64,000 bases of DNA from Mobula hypostoma (lineage: Eukaryota). This document shows, in pieces, positions 1 through 11,854 of the stretch. A model generated the notes under the pieces. The model was given only the letters and a program-made list of their open reading frames with translations, had not been told where the DNA came from and searched no databases. The stretch spans positions 23,376,001-23,440,000 of the forward strand of contig NC_086118.1 in the NCBI RefSeq assembly GCF_963921235.1, written 5' to 3'. Position 1 is the first letter of the stretch. The number at the start of each line of letters is the position of its first letter. The translations under genes and the position numbers were made by a program.

Positions 1-69
1 TCTCTTTCAGCACTCAATAAGATCTTGGCCAAATGGTATCCTAAGTACAGTTTACTCATGGAATTCTGC

Positions 70-1873
70 CTTAAGTTAGATCTGTACATACTGGCTGTGT
101 GGTGAAAAAGGCATAACAGTGCCTCTTACACCTCAGACAGTTGAAGAAGTTTGTTGTGGGGCCCCAAATCCTAAGAACTTTCTATAGGGGCACAATCGAG
201 AGCATTCTGACTGGCTGCATCACTGGCTGGTATGGGAAATTTACCTCCCTCAATTGCAGGACACTGCAGAGAGTGGTGCGGACAGCCCAGCACATCTGTA
301 AATGTGAACTCCCCTCTATTCAGGACATTATCAAAGACCGTGTGTAAAAAGAGCCTGAAGGATCATTGGGGGCCCAAGTCATCCCAACCACAAACTGTTC
401 CTGTTACACGGGGGCATTGGGAGCAGACCCAAATGCAAGACACAGACACTGAAGTACTAGGAACTGGGCCATGAGTTTATCAAGAAAGCAAGGGAAGTCG
501 GGAAGCAAGGATTGATCAGAGGGTAACTCAGGAAAGAGCAAAGCATAAGCGGGACAAAGCATAACTGGACATAGACACAGGCCCTGGATGAGACTAGGAT
601 TCAGGGCCTGGGCTAGGACTTGGACTAGAAAATAGGACCCAGATGGGAACTAGGAACGAGGAGCCTGGACTAGGAACACGGAACTCCAGAACCAGAGCCT
701 GGACAAGGACCCAGAACCTGGGTCTAGGCTAGGACTTGGGACTAGGATCTTGGCAAGGACAGGACATGGCTACAGGGCAGGACGATATACCCCAGCACCG
801 GGCTGGATGAGGAACTTCTGGGCTGGGTGAGGAACCAGAACTGGATGAGGACATGAAGCTCAGATTTGGACAGGTCTGGAACACAGCACCTGGACATGGT
901 CTTGGAACGCAGAAACTCAGAGCCTTGGATGTAGACTGGATGAGGTACTCCAGGGCAGGATGAGGCTCTTGGACTAGGTTTGGCTCAGCTCTTGGACTCG
1001 GCTTGGTTAGGCTCTTGGGTAAAAAGCCAGAATTCCTCCTTGGAGCACAGGGCTGGGACACTTTCTAGGACGCAGGGCCAGGATCCTTACTTGGACACAG
1101 GGCTGGGATGACTGCCGAGGACACTTGCCAAGGGAACTGCCGAGGGACTCCTGGACTGGACAAGAACATGAAGCCTTGACTTGGACAGGACTGGAACATG
1201 GCACTTGGAACTTAGAACACAGAACACAGAGCCAGGACCCCTCTTTGGGAACAGGACTTAGGATCGGACTCTTCTTTGACACAGACACTAAACACAGGAA
1301 CACAAAGAGATAATTCCAAACTCAACGATAGATAGTTCCTCATCTTGGCATGTCAAGGCTCCAGTCTCACTGCAGCAGTTGAACTTGACAGGGATGCAGG
1401 CAAGGCTTCAGAAGGAAGGGGAAGGGAACAGTCCAGCAGGGAATCCTTGGTTTGAGAGGTATTTATGTGCCAGCCCAAAACGAGAATCAGGTGCCTTAAT
1501 TAAGGCACCCAGTGGAACAAGGGAAAACCGGGAAACTCAGAATAAGGAATCAACGGACCGGCCGGTGAACCAGAATGCGGACTTCATGGACCGAACCATG
1601 ACAGTTTCAGCTGCTACCATCCGGTAAGTGGTACCACAGCATCTAGGACCAGCAGGCTTCAGGGCAGCTTCTTCCACCAGGCCATCAGACTGCTTAATTC
1701 ATGCTGACGCAACTGTATTTCTGTGTTATATTGACTATACTGCTGTACATACTATTAATTAAAAATTACTATAATTTTGCACATTGCTCATTTAGATGCA
1801 GACATAACATAAAGATTTTTACTCCGCCTGTGTATGAAGGATGTAAGTAATAAAGTCAATTCAATTCAATTCA
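70..1873 (+). mobile_element. Rex1/Babar-type LINE 3' fragment, split by a solo LTR (402-1603)
   Basis: ORF 141-347 (FYRGTIESILTGCITGWYG...LQRVVRTAQHI) is the typical Rex1/Babar RT C-terminus. The sequence resumes at 1604 and ends in AATAAA plus a (CAATT)n tail at ~1849-1873. Confidence 0.85.
402..1603 (-). mobile_element. Solo LTR (Gypsy-type, ~1.2 kb) with an internal degenerate tandem repeat
   Basis: TG...CA termini (TGTTAC at 402, ATGACA ending at 1603). Flanking 5-bp near-TSD GTTCC (397-401) / GTTTC (1604-1608). It interrupts a contiguous LINE and has degenerate GGACT/GGAAC-rich repeats at ~560-1300. Confidence 0.8.
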
Positions 1874-2414
1874 TATATCAAATAACATTTTTAGTTAAGA
1901 AGCATCCAACAATATCAAATTTAAAATTAACCATTAACATCAGATAATTATCTCTTGCAGAAGAAAGACCTTGCTCTAATTTGTAGACCATGCATCATAG
2001 CCCTTGAGTTCCCATGAGAAGAAATAAAGTTCTCTCTTTTCGTCTTACTAGCTTTCCTCAACAATTTGATAATATTGACCAAACTGCCCCTAACCCCCTG
2101 AGTTCCTGGGAAGATACCTCTGGTTTCTTTAATCTCCACCTAATATTTAACTCTCAAAGTCTAAGTATATGATAAAATCCATGTTGCCCTCCCTTCCCCA
2201 GATGAGACGTCCAAAAATATTTTCTTAATTCAGGTGTTGTTCAACCATCACTTTGCTCACTTGTGGCACTCTTTGTGCACCCTCTGCTTGAGTTTGTTTA
2301 TATCTGAACAACAAGGCAGGATTTCATGATCTGTTATGATTACTTCCTGAAAATATTCCTGATATTTCACTAATCTGTATTTATGGATTCCAACACATCT
2401 TTGGAACTTCATAG

Positions 2415-3140
2415 CAAAAAAAAGTCTTTCATTTTATTCATTCAATAGATCTGGGCGTCACAGGCTGAGCCAGTATGTAATCACCGATCACTGGTTGCTC
2501 TTGCGAAGAGTGGCAAGCTCCTTTCTATACTGCTGCAGTCCTTGAGATGTGGATATACTCATAATGCAATTAAGGAGAGAGTTCCGGGAGTTTGACTTAG
2601 TGACAGCAAAGGAATGGTGATATATTTCTAAGTCAGGATTGTATGTGGCCTGCAGGACACCTTCTAGAAGGTAGTGTTTCCATGCTTTTGCTAGCCTTGT
2701 CCCTTTAGCTGGTAGGGGTCATGGTTTGGAGTTTCAGGAGTCGGGTTGAGTTGCTGAAGTGTCTCTTGTTGATAGAACCAATATTTGCTGCTGTGCACTA
2801 GTGGTGAAATGAGTGAATGGTTGTGGATAAGATGCCTATCAAGAGGGCTATTACGTCTTGCAAGTTGTCCAGCTTCTTGAGTGTTGTTGAAACTGCACTC
2901 ATTCTTGCAAATGTTCCCTGTATATTACCACACAACAAATTTCATAACTAGGTCAATAGTTTCCTTGCAAGTGGAGAATATTCCATCACACTTCAGATTT
3001 GAGCTTTTTAGATATTAGGCAGGCTTCAGAGAGTCAGGACATGAGTTGCTCGTCTTAGGATTCCTAACCTCTAACCTGCTCTTGAAGCCATATTGCGTAC
3101 AAGAGTACTCCAGATTCTGGTCGATTTCAGGATATTGAGA
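2415..3140 (-). mobile_element. L2-type LINE 3' end (decayed)
   Basis: Reverse-complemented L2-like 3' tail (TTCATTCA...GATCTGGGCGTCACAGGC...GCCAG) followed by degenerate RT C-terminal sequence. Confidence 0.65.
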
Positions 3141-3599
3141 ATGTTAACACTCTTTGTACTGATTCATGTTGTTTCCCTAACTGTGCTCAACACCCACAAA
3201 TGAAAACAGCACCCCTACATCTTGTAATACTCTTGCAATATTAAAGATCTAAACCAATTTACTCTGGTACCCCACACCCTAAATCCACAAGCCTTCGCTT
3301 TGAAGAAAGAGATTATTCTATTCCTCTAAGACCCAACATATGTTCACTTATAGTTCCCAACATTTAAGTCCAGTGTTTCATCTGTCAATTAGGACATGTG
3401 GCATTCTCTTCTAACATATAAGTCATTTAGAAGTGCAAGGATAATTAAGGTCCCAGGGCAGATCCTTCCAGTTTCATTCCAGTCACGTTATGCTGCCACT
3501 TTGAGATGTTGAAATCCCAACTCGCTGTACATTACTACTCAACGAATTTCCTAACTGGGTCAATAGTTTCAAATTATTCCACTTCCATGTGCAACCAAC

Positions 3600-4130
3600 T
3601 GCTATGAGGGATTTCATCAAATGTCAGAAATAAAAAAAGAACAGATTCTACGGCAAAGTTTCCTTATCCTCACCTCACATCCAACAAATCCTCTAGTGTT
3701 CAATATGTTGCCACATTTAGACATGCCTTCCCCTCTCCTCCACATTTAGCACTTCACAGGGCAGTTCCCACTGGACACTTCACTCCACATAATTGACTTC
3801 CCTCTCAGCACCTTCCAGTGCAATCATTGGGGAAGTAGCAGCTGACATTTCATTCCCTCACTTCCCATTTCCCATATTTCTTACATCCCCTTCTAATTTC
3901 AGATTTTCTACATTTTTACCTGCCCTGAGATTTTGTTATTTTGCACTCTCACCCTGATTGTATTTCATCCTATTAAAACATGTCTTTTTTGGCTTTCTTC
4001 TCTCCTTCCACTTGCTCTGCATCTTAAAACTTGATTTTTCTCTAACCTCCTCAGTCTGATGAAAAATCTTTGACCTGAAATGCTGCTTCTCTCTCTGCTA
4101 ATGTGACTTGTCTTGTACTATAAGCAAAAT
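3600..4130 (+). mobile_element. Penelope-like element remnant with a decayed terminal repeat and hammerhead-like motif
   Basis: Degenerate coding for the PLE RT-to-endonuclease linker (KVSLILTSHPT..., FPSPPHLA..., STFQCN), a pyrimidine-rich 3' region, then CAGTCTGATGAAAAATCTTTGACCTGAAATG at ~4052-4082. Confidence 0.6.
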
Positions 4131-5584
4131 GTTACAAATGTAAATGACCAGTGAACCACGTTGTCTGAGGGAATGCGATTGCCAAAATGCAGAGAGAATA
4201 TTCTTTGTTGCTATTAAATCAAGAAAGTCTACATCAAGCTTTTAACATGTCAAGGTTCTTGCTTCATTCAAAAGTAAAGAGCCAAGAATATCCTCAGCAT
4301 TGAACTGGCATGTTAGACTAGAATGTGGTTTGAATACTTCTAGTCAAGGATTCCAACATCAGCTGTCACCTTGGTGCATTAAACATTTCCAATCATCGTA
4401 CAATCAGAAAAACTAAAACTTGCAGTCTTTTACACCAAGATAAATGAATAGTTCTTTGAACAGCATAGAAGTTACTTTAAAACATTTATATGATAGCAAA
4501 TGGAAATATTGATCATAATCTGTCATTTATATCTATTTCATGTTCTCAGTGGGTTTAAGTCAGATGCACCCGTAATTTTGTCTCGCTGCTGTCTTTGTTC
4601 CAGTACTTTGAAACGTGGAATTATTTCTTACTGCGAATTTGCACACCAATAAAATTTATTCAGATAGGATGCTGATAAATTGTCTGTCACTTTAACAGGC
4701 TAGCAGTTGTAAGTAAATGTTAGTGTTCAGAATATCTTAGAACTATCCTTACTGAATCTGCACTTATATAACCTGGGGACTGGACAGTAAAGGTGTACAG
4801 TTATAACACTCAGAAGTCAACATGCAGGTTAGTTTTCATAATAGTCTAACTCTATTCACAATCTGAGATTATACTGTGAATAGAATGATGGAATGTATTT
4901 TTCCTTGATGAGAGGGCACTTGCAGATGGCTATTATAGTTCTTTGTGTGTATATTTTGCAGATTTACCAATGAATAATCCACAGCACATTGAGGAAATTC
5001 CACTGGTATATACTATAAGATCATGTAATGATCAGTTGGAGTTAATTACCAGTAGCTGTATATGGAGCCACAATGTCTTGTATTCATCTACTAAGCATCC
5101 ACTGTTCTGCAAAATATTTACCAAATACTTCCTTCTTTCATTTCTGAAGAAAAGGTAAGTGAGTCAGAAGTATAGAGGGGTTGAAATTCTCACTAAAGAA
5201 GAATAGTAGATGTGATTCAAGGTGGAGAAGGTATCATAGAATATATCAAGACCAAATACAATGTTAAGCACCAACTAAACTAAAGCACTGAAAAAGGAGA
5301 CAGGTAGTTGTTTCAATAAAGCTTTGTGCTAAGGAGGTGGGAACAGATTGAGCAGGTCCTGAGCAAAGATTTCAACAAAGGGTAAGCCAACAGAGCTGAA
5401 AGATTTATTTTTAGTTTTAACATTCCCGTGTGTTCTTATGTACCTCTTTCATGTATGTAAAGAATGCAAGATTCTTTCTGTAACACAATCAAGTAGTTTA
5501 GATAACCGTGATTGAACAGGATGAGAAAAGGTTGAGAAAGCCATACACTAGGGGCACTTCAGCTGTGTAGAAGAAAATAATGTT

Positions 5585-5900
5585 TATTTACAGCACATAA
5601 CTTCCAGACATCCAACATGCTTCGTAGAGAATGAAATGCCTTTTAAGTGTAATCATTACCAGTAAACAATACAGAGCTGAGTCTCACAAACACTAATGTA
5701 ATAAGTGACTAAATTAAAAAGAAAGAGATGCTGGAAATCTGAAATAAAATGAGAACATGCAGGTCTGCAGGTCAAGCGGCATCTGTGGAAAGAGAAGCAG
5801 AATTGGCGCTTCAGGATGAAGTCACATTGTCAATGACTAATTATCTGTTTCTGGGTGTTCTTAAGGGATAAAAATTGAGCATGGCATTAGGAGAAGACAA
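5585..5900 (-). mobile_element. Deu-domain SINE remnant interrupted by a PLE terminal-repeat fragment (~5720-5830)
   Basis: Degenerate match to the Deu/AmnSINE-type core (AATGAAATGCCTTTTAAGTGTAATCA...TCTCACAAACA...ATTATCTGTTT...AGGGATAAAAATTG). The inserted segment GATGCTGGAAATCTGAAATAAAA...GGTCAAGCGGCATCTGTGGA is the reverse of the PLE repeat. Confidence 0.5.
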
Positions 5901-6319
5901 ATTCTGCTCAAATTCACATACGGTTGTGGAACCTATTAGTGGGTTCATGGACCTATTCATGGACAACGATTGTTCAGGACGTTATTACGGAAGTTTAATG
6001 CAGAATGCCAGCTATTAAATTTCCCAGCTTTTCCAGTAGTGCCAGCTGGGAACAACAGATGATTTGTCAATGGCAGGCCTCTCAAGGGGAGATGTAAATA
6101 GAGGGTCATGTCTCCAATCAAGGGTGGGGAGGGGAAACAAAGCTAGAACTGGGAGATTCAAACAGGAGAAGCAAAATACTTCAGATTTTGGAATTCCAAA
6201 ATAAGCAGAATTCTATAAATACCCAGCAGGCCAGACAGCTTCTCTGCAGAAGCAGAGTCAATGCTTCAAGTCAACTAATTTTTTTATGGCAAGTTATTGA
6301 TTTACTTAGTTCTTTAGTT

Positions 6320-6586
6320 AGTTAGTAATATAGTGCAGAGTAGGCCCTTCCAGCCCTTCGAGCCACACTGCCTCAGCAATCCCACAGCCCCAACTCACCC
6401 TAACCTAATCATGGGACAATTTACAATAACCAGTTAACCTACCTGATAAGTCTTTGGACTGTGGGAGGAAACCAGACGATCTGGAGTAAACCCACACATT
6501 CCACGGAATTTAATGCCGGAATTGAACTCCAAAGCACCCTGGGCTGCAATACCGTCATGTTGACCGCTGCGCACCTGTGGCACCCT
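6320..6586 (-). mobile_element. HE1/V-SINE-like tRNA-derived SINE
   Basis: V-domain motif TCTTTGGACTGTGGGAGGAAACC, B-box-like GGAATTGAACTCC, and a CR1-type tail (TAGGCCCTTCCAGCCC). Confidence 0.8.
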
Positions 6587-6759
6587 AATGTTGCAATATT
6601 TCATCTGCATATATAATGTGCACTGTCATATGTTAGGAAGGTATTTCATCATATAAGTACTGTTCATAGCATTGACAAATATGTAGATTGTGGTTTTACA
6701 GAATTAAATGACTACTGTTGCATGGAAGGAAGATATTATGTCTTTCATGCTTATGCTGA

Positions 6760-7260
6760 GTCTACCAAAGCAAGCTAACTAGCTCCAATCTACCCTCTCC
6801 TCAGAGCCCTGCAAGTTCTTTCCAATCAGATATTTGACATTCCTTTTGCACACCATAACTGAATTTTCCTGCACTCCTGAACGTGGCAGTGAATTCTGGA
6901 CACTGACCACTCACAGTGTGTAATCTATTATTTGACTTTAATCTTGGTTTCTTTGCCAGTCGCACTTATCTCACACCCTAAATACCTTGATCCATCCACC
7001 AATGAGAAACTTTCTCCCAATCTACTCTATATCAATGTTTTTAAAATCCTCTTTTGGATCTCCTTGCAAGCTACTCTGCTCTAAGCAGAACCACACCTTC
7101 TTCAGTTTATCTCCTCACTCCTAGAATTACTTTAACAAAATCTATTCACCCCTTTATAAGGCTCAAATCTGTGGCACCCACAAATAGACAATGTAGTCCA
7201 ACTGTATCCAAACAGTCATTTTATAAAGCTTTGTCATGACTTCCTGGTTCTTGACTTTTG
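6760..7260 (-). mobile_element. Old CR1 LINE 3' fragment
   Basis: Degenerate CR1 3' motifs (GGCAGTGAATTC...ACCACTC..., TTCTCCCAATCTACTCTATA). Confidence 0.5.
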
Positions 7261-7452
7261 GAAAATGGAGAATGGAGGTTCATTAGACTTCTGCTTGTAA
7301 ATGAGGACCTCTAAATACATAATAAATGCTTTTCATTGGAATGATTCAGGGTACAGACCAACATGTTGGAATAGCTAAAAATTAAGGAAGGGCCAGAATG
7401 ACTAGAAGGACATTTTACTAAAATTGGATCAGAGTGACCGAATGAATAAACA

Positions 7453-7945
7453 CACTCAGTGTGCACTTTATTAGGTACATGTGCTCAATAATGCAAATAT
7501 CTAATCAGTCAATCATGAGGCAGCAACCCAATGCATAAAAACATGCAGGCATGGTCAAGATGTTCAGAATAGGAGGAAATGGGATCTAAGTGACTTTGAC
7601 CATGGAATGATTGTTGGTGTTCTGAGTTTGAGTATCTCAAACCTGCTGATCTCCTGGGACTTTCACACAACAGTCTCTGGAGTCTACAGAGAATGGTGCA
7701 AAAAACAAACAAAAGCATCCAGTGAGCGACAGTTCTGTGGGCAAAACCGCCTTGTTAGTGAAATAGGTGAGAGGAGAATGGCCAGACTGGTTCAGGGCTG
7801 ACAGGAAGGCGACAGTAATTGCGTTACAATAGTGGTGTGCAGAAGAGCACCTCTGAATGCACAACATTGAACCTCGAAGTGAATAGGCTTCAGCAGCAGA
7901 AGGTCATGAACAGGATCGTGTACCTAATAAAGTGGCCGCTGAGAA
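7453..7945 (+). mobile_element. Tc1/mariner internally deleted non-autonomous DNA transposon
   Basis: Inverted terminal repeats CACTCAGTGTGCACTTTATTAGGTACA / TGTACCTAATAAAGTGGCCGCTGAG. Remnant N-terminal paired/HTH transposase (DLSDFDHGMIVG..., TTVSGVYREWCKKQ..SSERQFCG). The DDE domain is absent. Confidence 0.85.
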
Positions 7946-8207
7946 TAGCGCTCTACTGAGATAACTTGAAACATAACTAAATTGTGCTCTCCTTTTAAAA
8001 TGATGTGAAAGCATATCATTTAATTAAAAGAGCATCATTCTTTTTAAAGGGATATTGAAAATTTTTGTTACTTGCTACATTCTGACTAAATATCTAAAAC
8101 ATTATTACATGTGTTGGAAAAACCTTTGTACTTTTGTGAATTCGATAGAAAGTTGGCAAGATGTAAATTTTATTCATGTGGAGATTTTATCCAAGGGAAA
8201 CCATAAT

Positions 8208-8590
8208 TTAGTATTGGCATTGGTTTATTAATGTTACAGTGAAAAGCTTGTCTTTACTGTTTATACAGATATAATCACTACACAGTGTTTTGAGCTGTAA
8301 TAAGGCAAAATAAAGACACCAAAATAGTGCAATGTATATAAACGATGAAGTGCAAGCTCAGAACGAGGTAGATTGTGAAGTCCAAAGATTGATTTTATTG
8401 TTGAAGATGCTCATTCAAGAATCTGATAACAATGGGATGGAAATTGTCTTGGGCTATCAGGCTTTTTTTATCTTATGCCAGATGGGACAAGGGAGAAGAG
8501 AGAATATCTGGGGTAGGTTGGATCTTTGATTGTGCTAGCTACTTTACTGAGAAAGCAAAAAGTATAGACAGAGTCCGTAGAGGGGAGTTT
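8208..8590 (-). mobile_element. Rex1/Babar LINE 3' fragment (decayed)
   Basis: Reverse 3' tail (ATTGGCATTGGTTTATT) and a degenerate RT C-terminus (TTCAAGAATCTGATAAC..., ATCTTATGCCAGATGG). Confidence 0.55.
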
Positions 8591-9859
8591 TGACATTTTA
8601 ATGTAAAAACATTGCAAGGGACATCAGAGAAGGATTGGGCAATAATGGGTAGAAATCAGATGGAATAAGGAATAATCATAAATATGGTTAATGGGTGACT
8701 TTTGAAGAAACCTTTGAAAGTGGAGAGAGATGTTTCAAGGTGAAGAGGGATCAGAAATAGTGTTGATACTCCCACCATTACAAGAAAGAAAACATTCCTC
8801 AAACATTACTGATGATATCATAGACACCATGAATAGATTTCACAAGCATAGTTGAAAGCAGTGCATCTGGATTGAAGGAGGGGAGTATTGAAAACAATAG
8901 GCAGGGAACTAAACAAAGATTAAATTAAAGCAAAACCCAGCAATGCCAGTAGTTAGTTGAATATAACTGCCATTGTTTATTTTGTTTTATATATCTTTTG
9001 TGGGGTAATAAGACATGGTAAATGGACTAAAAAGCAGTTGGCATGGGCCATGTTTCTTCAAACTGTTCAGCAAACTTCAAAGAAAACATGTCTTGTCATT
9101 TCCTGTTCATGTGTCTCTTTCATGTATTCTTTCCATGCATCAATAAATCTTATTAAAATACCAATTAAACTACATGTTATCCAATAACAATCAGGTGAAC
9201 TCTCTGTTCCCATGGTGGATTGCAAATAGTACTTGATCGTGCAACTACAAGGTCCTGCAAATTCTCTAATAAACCATCGTTCTCAAGCGCAGGTGTTTTC
9301 AATTTCAAATGGGAGGGGAAAAGAGCTGTATTAACCGTAGATGTACCAGAGAGCTACAACTTCATTTCAGAAAAGCTTGGATTTTTGTGCTTACGTTTAT
9401 CACTGATTTATTTATGCACTGCAGTTACTATGTGTCCTGTTTTAGTCACAGTCTCCTTAATTCATCTACGTTATTTACAGCATTTTAAATCCTTAGAAAG
9501 TAACATGTTCCCAGAATCTATAAATGGCTAATGTACCAGGAAATATTGCAATATGATAAAATGTTTCTTTAAGTTGTAGAGGTTCTGTATTTAATTCATT
9601 ATCTGTACTTAATTCATTACTTATAATTTTATAATTAGTAAAATTATGCTTTCCCTTCTCACATTGATGGTGACTATTGCTGTCAGGCACAAAAGAAACT
9701 CTGAGAGGGAAAAAAAGGTCATTTAGTTTAATTCTGGATAATTTAGGATAATTCCGGCTGTAGTAATCACATATTACAGTTCATTGAAAAGCAGAATATG
9801 ACTTTGGAAAGCTAAAATAAAAAATGATATGTGGAAACACTCAACAGTTTAAGCAGTAT

Positions 9860-10299
9860 TGTCACATGAACGAAGTCACTGGAGAGAAGTACTTGTAGAT
9901 ATAAAGTAGTCACTTTATTCAACAAAATGAGACACAGCAGTCATTATATGCAGACCCTTTCAGAAGAAGATGGTCTGCTCGGCCCAACATTACACAACGT
10001 TTTATGTGCTAAAAATCAAAGAACAGTTCCATATTTACAATGTATCCACAATGCTTTCTTTGAACTACTCACAAACTTTGTTCCTCCTGCTTTGCACCCA
10101 CACCACTGACATCTAAATGCATTTTAATCAGCATCGCCTAGTCTTCCCATTAACTGTGATTCATGGCTTTTAGGAACCCATTGTTCAGAGCTGCATTTTA
10201 AATTTAGTCTACAGTCTATAGTCATATCTAAAGATTGGCGGCTGAAGTCAGTTGCTGAAGTTATTTGCTATATGTGCTAACCCCAAATACACCCTAACA
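9860..10299 (-). mobile_element. Solo LTR (~440 bp)
   Basis: TGTCAC...CTAACA termini. On the minus strand, AATAAA (plus-strand TTTATT ~9914) lies ~55 bp before the ...GTGACA end. It sits inside a PLE-repeat fragment; the flanks AAGCAGTATTGT / AAGCAGCATTGT are near-direct repeats. Confidence 0.65.
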
Positions 10300-10489
10300 A
10301 GCAGCATTGTGGATCTTAACATCTCATGTTAATGCCCTTTCCTCAGCTTAAATTTTTATTAATTAGTCTTGTGTACAGGTCATATGTGGTTTCACTTTAC
10401 TCACAGTTTACTCAAGTCATTTATGGAATTATTAAATATATCCAAACAAAACTGAAGTTGCAATGCAGCAGCTTGCAGAGAGAATATGG

Positions 10490-11800
10490 AACTCAGAAGA
10501 CACTACCCTGTAGCAGGCCATTCAGCCCAACATATCTGCGCTGGCCTTAATGAAGGTCTAACAAATCCTATGTGCCTGGATGTGGTCCATATCACTATAT
10601 TCCCTACTTGTGCATGTGTTCATCTAAGTGCCTTTTAAATGTTGCTATTGTATGCATATCTACCACCTCTCATGGCAGTATGTTCTAGGCACTTATCACT
10701 CTCTTTGTGAAAATACCCATCTCACACATCTCCCTCAGTATGCTAATGTTTTCACATCTCCTGCCATTTACAGTGTACTTCTTCTTGTGCTTGACCTTCC
10801 AAAAGTCTTCACCCCGTACTTATTCAGATTAAACTCCATCTGAGAGGATTATTGGGGTTTCTCTTCTACCCATGAGAGATATTTATCAGAAGGGTCCTTA
10901 GCATTGTCAATGATCCCTCCCATCTGTCCAACAAACTCCTTGAACGCCACCCCCCCCCCACCCCAAGAACTGTTAGGATGGGAAACAACTTCTTCCCCTA
11001 GGCTGTAGGACTACTGAACTCCCTGCCTCCACATATGATATATGCACCTGCTAACCTATTTGTAGTATTATTAACTTAGGTATTATTTGTGTGAGTTATA
11101 TCTTGTTCCAGAACACCTGTTTCATTTAGTGGTATACATGTGTAAAGTTGAATGATATAAACTGAACTTGAACTTGATCTGCCATTACTTTGCCCAAATT
11201 TCCAACTGACCTGCATCCTGCTATATCCTTTAAACATCTTTCTCACTCTCCATAACTTCTCCAATTTTTGTGTTGTTTGAGAACTTACTAATCAGACCAC
11301 CACAATATGTTATAAACAACAGAGGTCCCAGCACTGATACCTTTGGAACACCACTGGTTCCATAACTACAATCAGATAAACACTCCCCTACCACCTCTTT
11401 CAACCTTCTGTGCCTAAGCCAGCTCTGTATCCAACTTACCAATTTCCTATGGACCCCATGTGATTTAATTTTCTGGATCTGCCTACCATGAAGGACCTTG
11501 TCAAGTATTTTACCAAGTACTTTTATCTCTCCTAATTCCTTGTTTAAATTCTTTCCTCTTTCCTTCATATTTCTCAAGGGCTTTGTCTGATTTCAGCTTC
11601 CTAGAGCTTAAATGATCTTCAATTATTTTCCTGAATCTCACAATATCTCTTGACGTCCAAAGTTCCTGAACCTTGCTATACTTATCTTTCTTTCTCACAG
11701 GAACACACTGGGCCTGAAATCTAAACAGCTGGCGTTTAAAAGACTCCCACATGCCAGATGTGGATTTAACCAAACAGCCACTCAGTCTACTTTATCATGC
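10490..11800 (-). mobile_element. CR1 LINE fragment (RT region and 3' end), decayed
   Basis: ORF 11230-11577 contains DKVLHGR...WIQSWL...SGVPKVSVLGPLLF...ISKFSNNTKIG, a CR1 RT motif set. 3' tail near 10500. Confidence 0.85.
10843..11176 (+). mobile_element. Rex1/Babar LINE 3' fragment nested in CR1
   Basis: ERIIGVSL...NNFFP-AVGLLNSL remnant with a (GAACTT)n tail. TSD ATCTG at 10838-10842 and 11177-11181. Confidence 0.75.
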
Positions 11801-11854
11801 TTCTGCCTATACTATCCTTCTTCCAATTTAAAACTTCCACGCGAGAAACAGAGC

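Noticed and set aside
560..1300. Repetitive block as a CRISPR-like array or repeat-protein gene
   Set aside because: Irregular degenerate units without unique spacers, inside an LTR in eukaryotic DNA.
9220..9531. 103-aa ORF with a protein-like stretch (GVFNFKWEGKRAVLTVDVPESY)
   Set aside because: No recognisable family and no convincing splice donor/acceptor pair.
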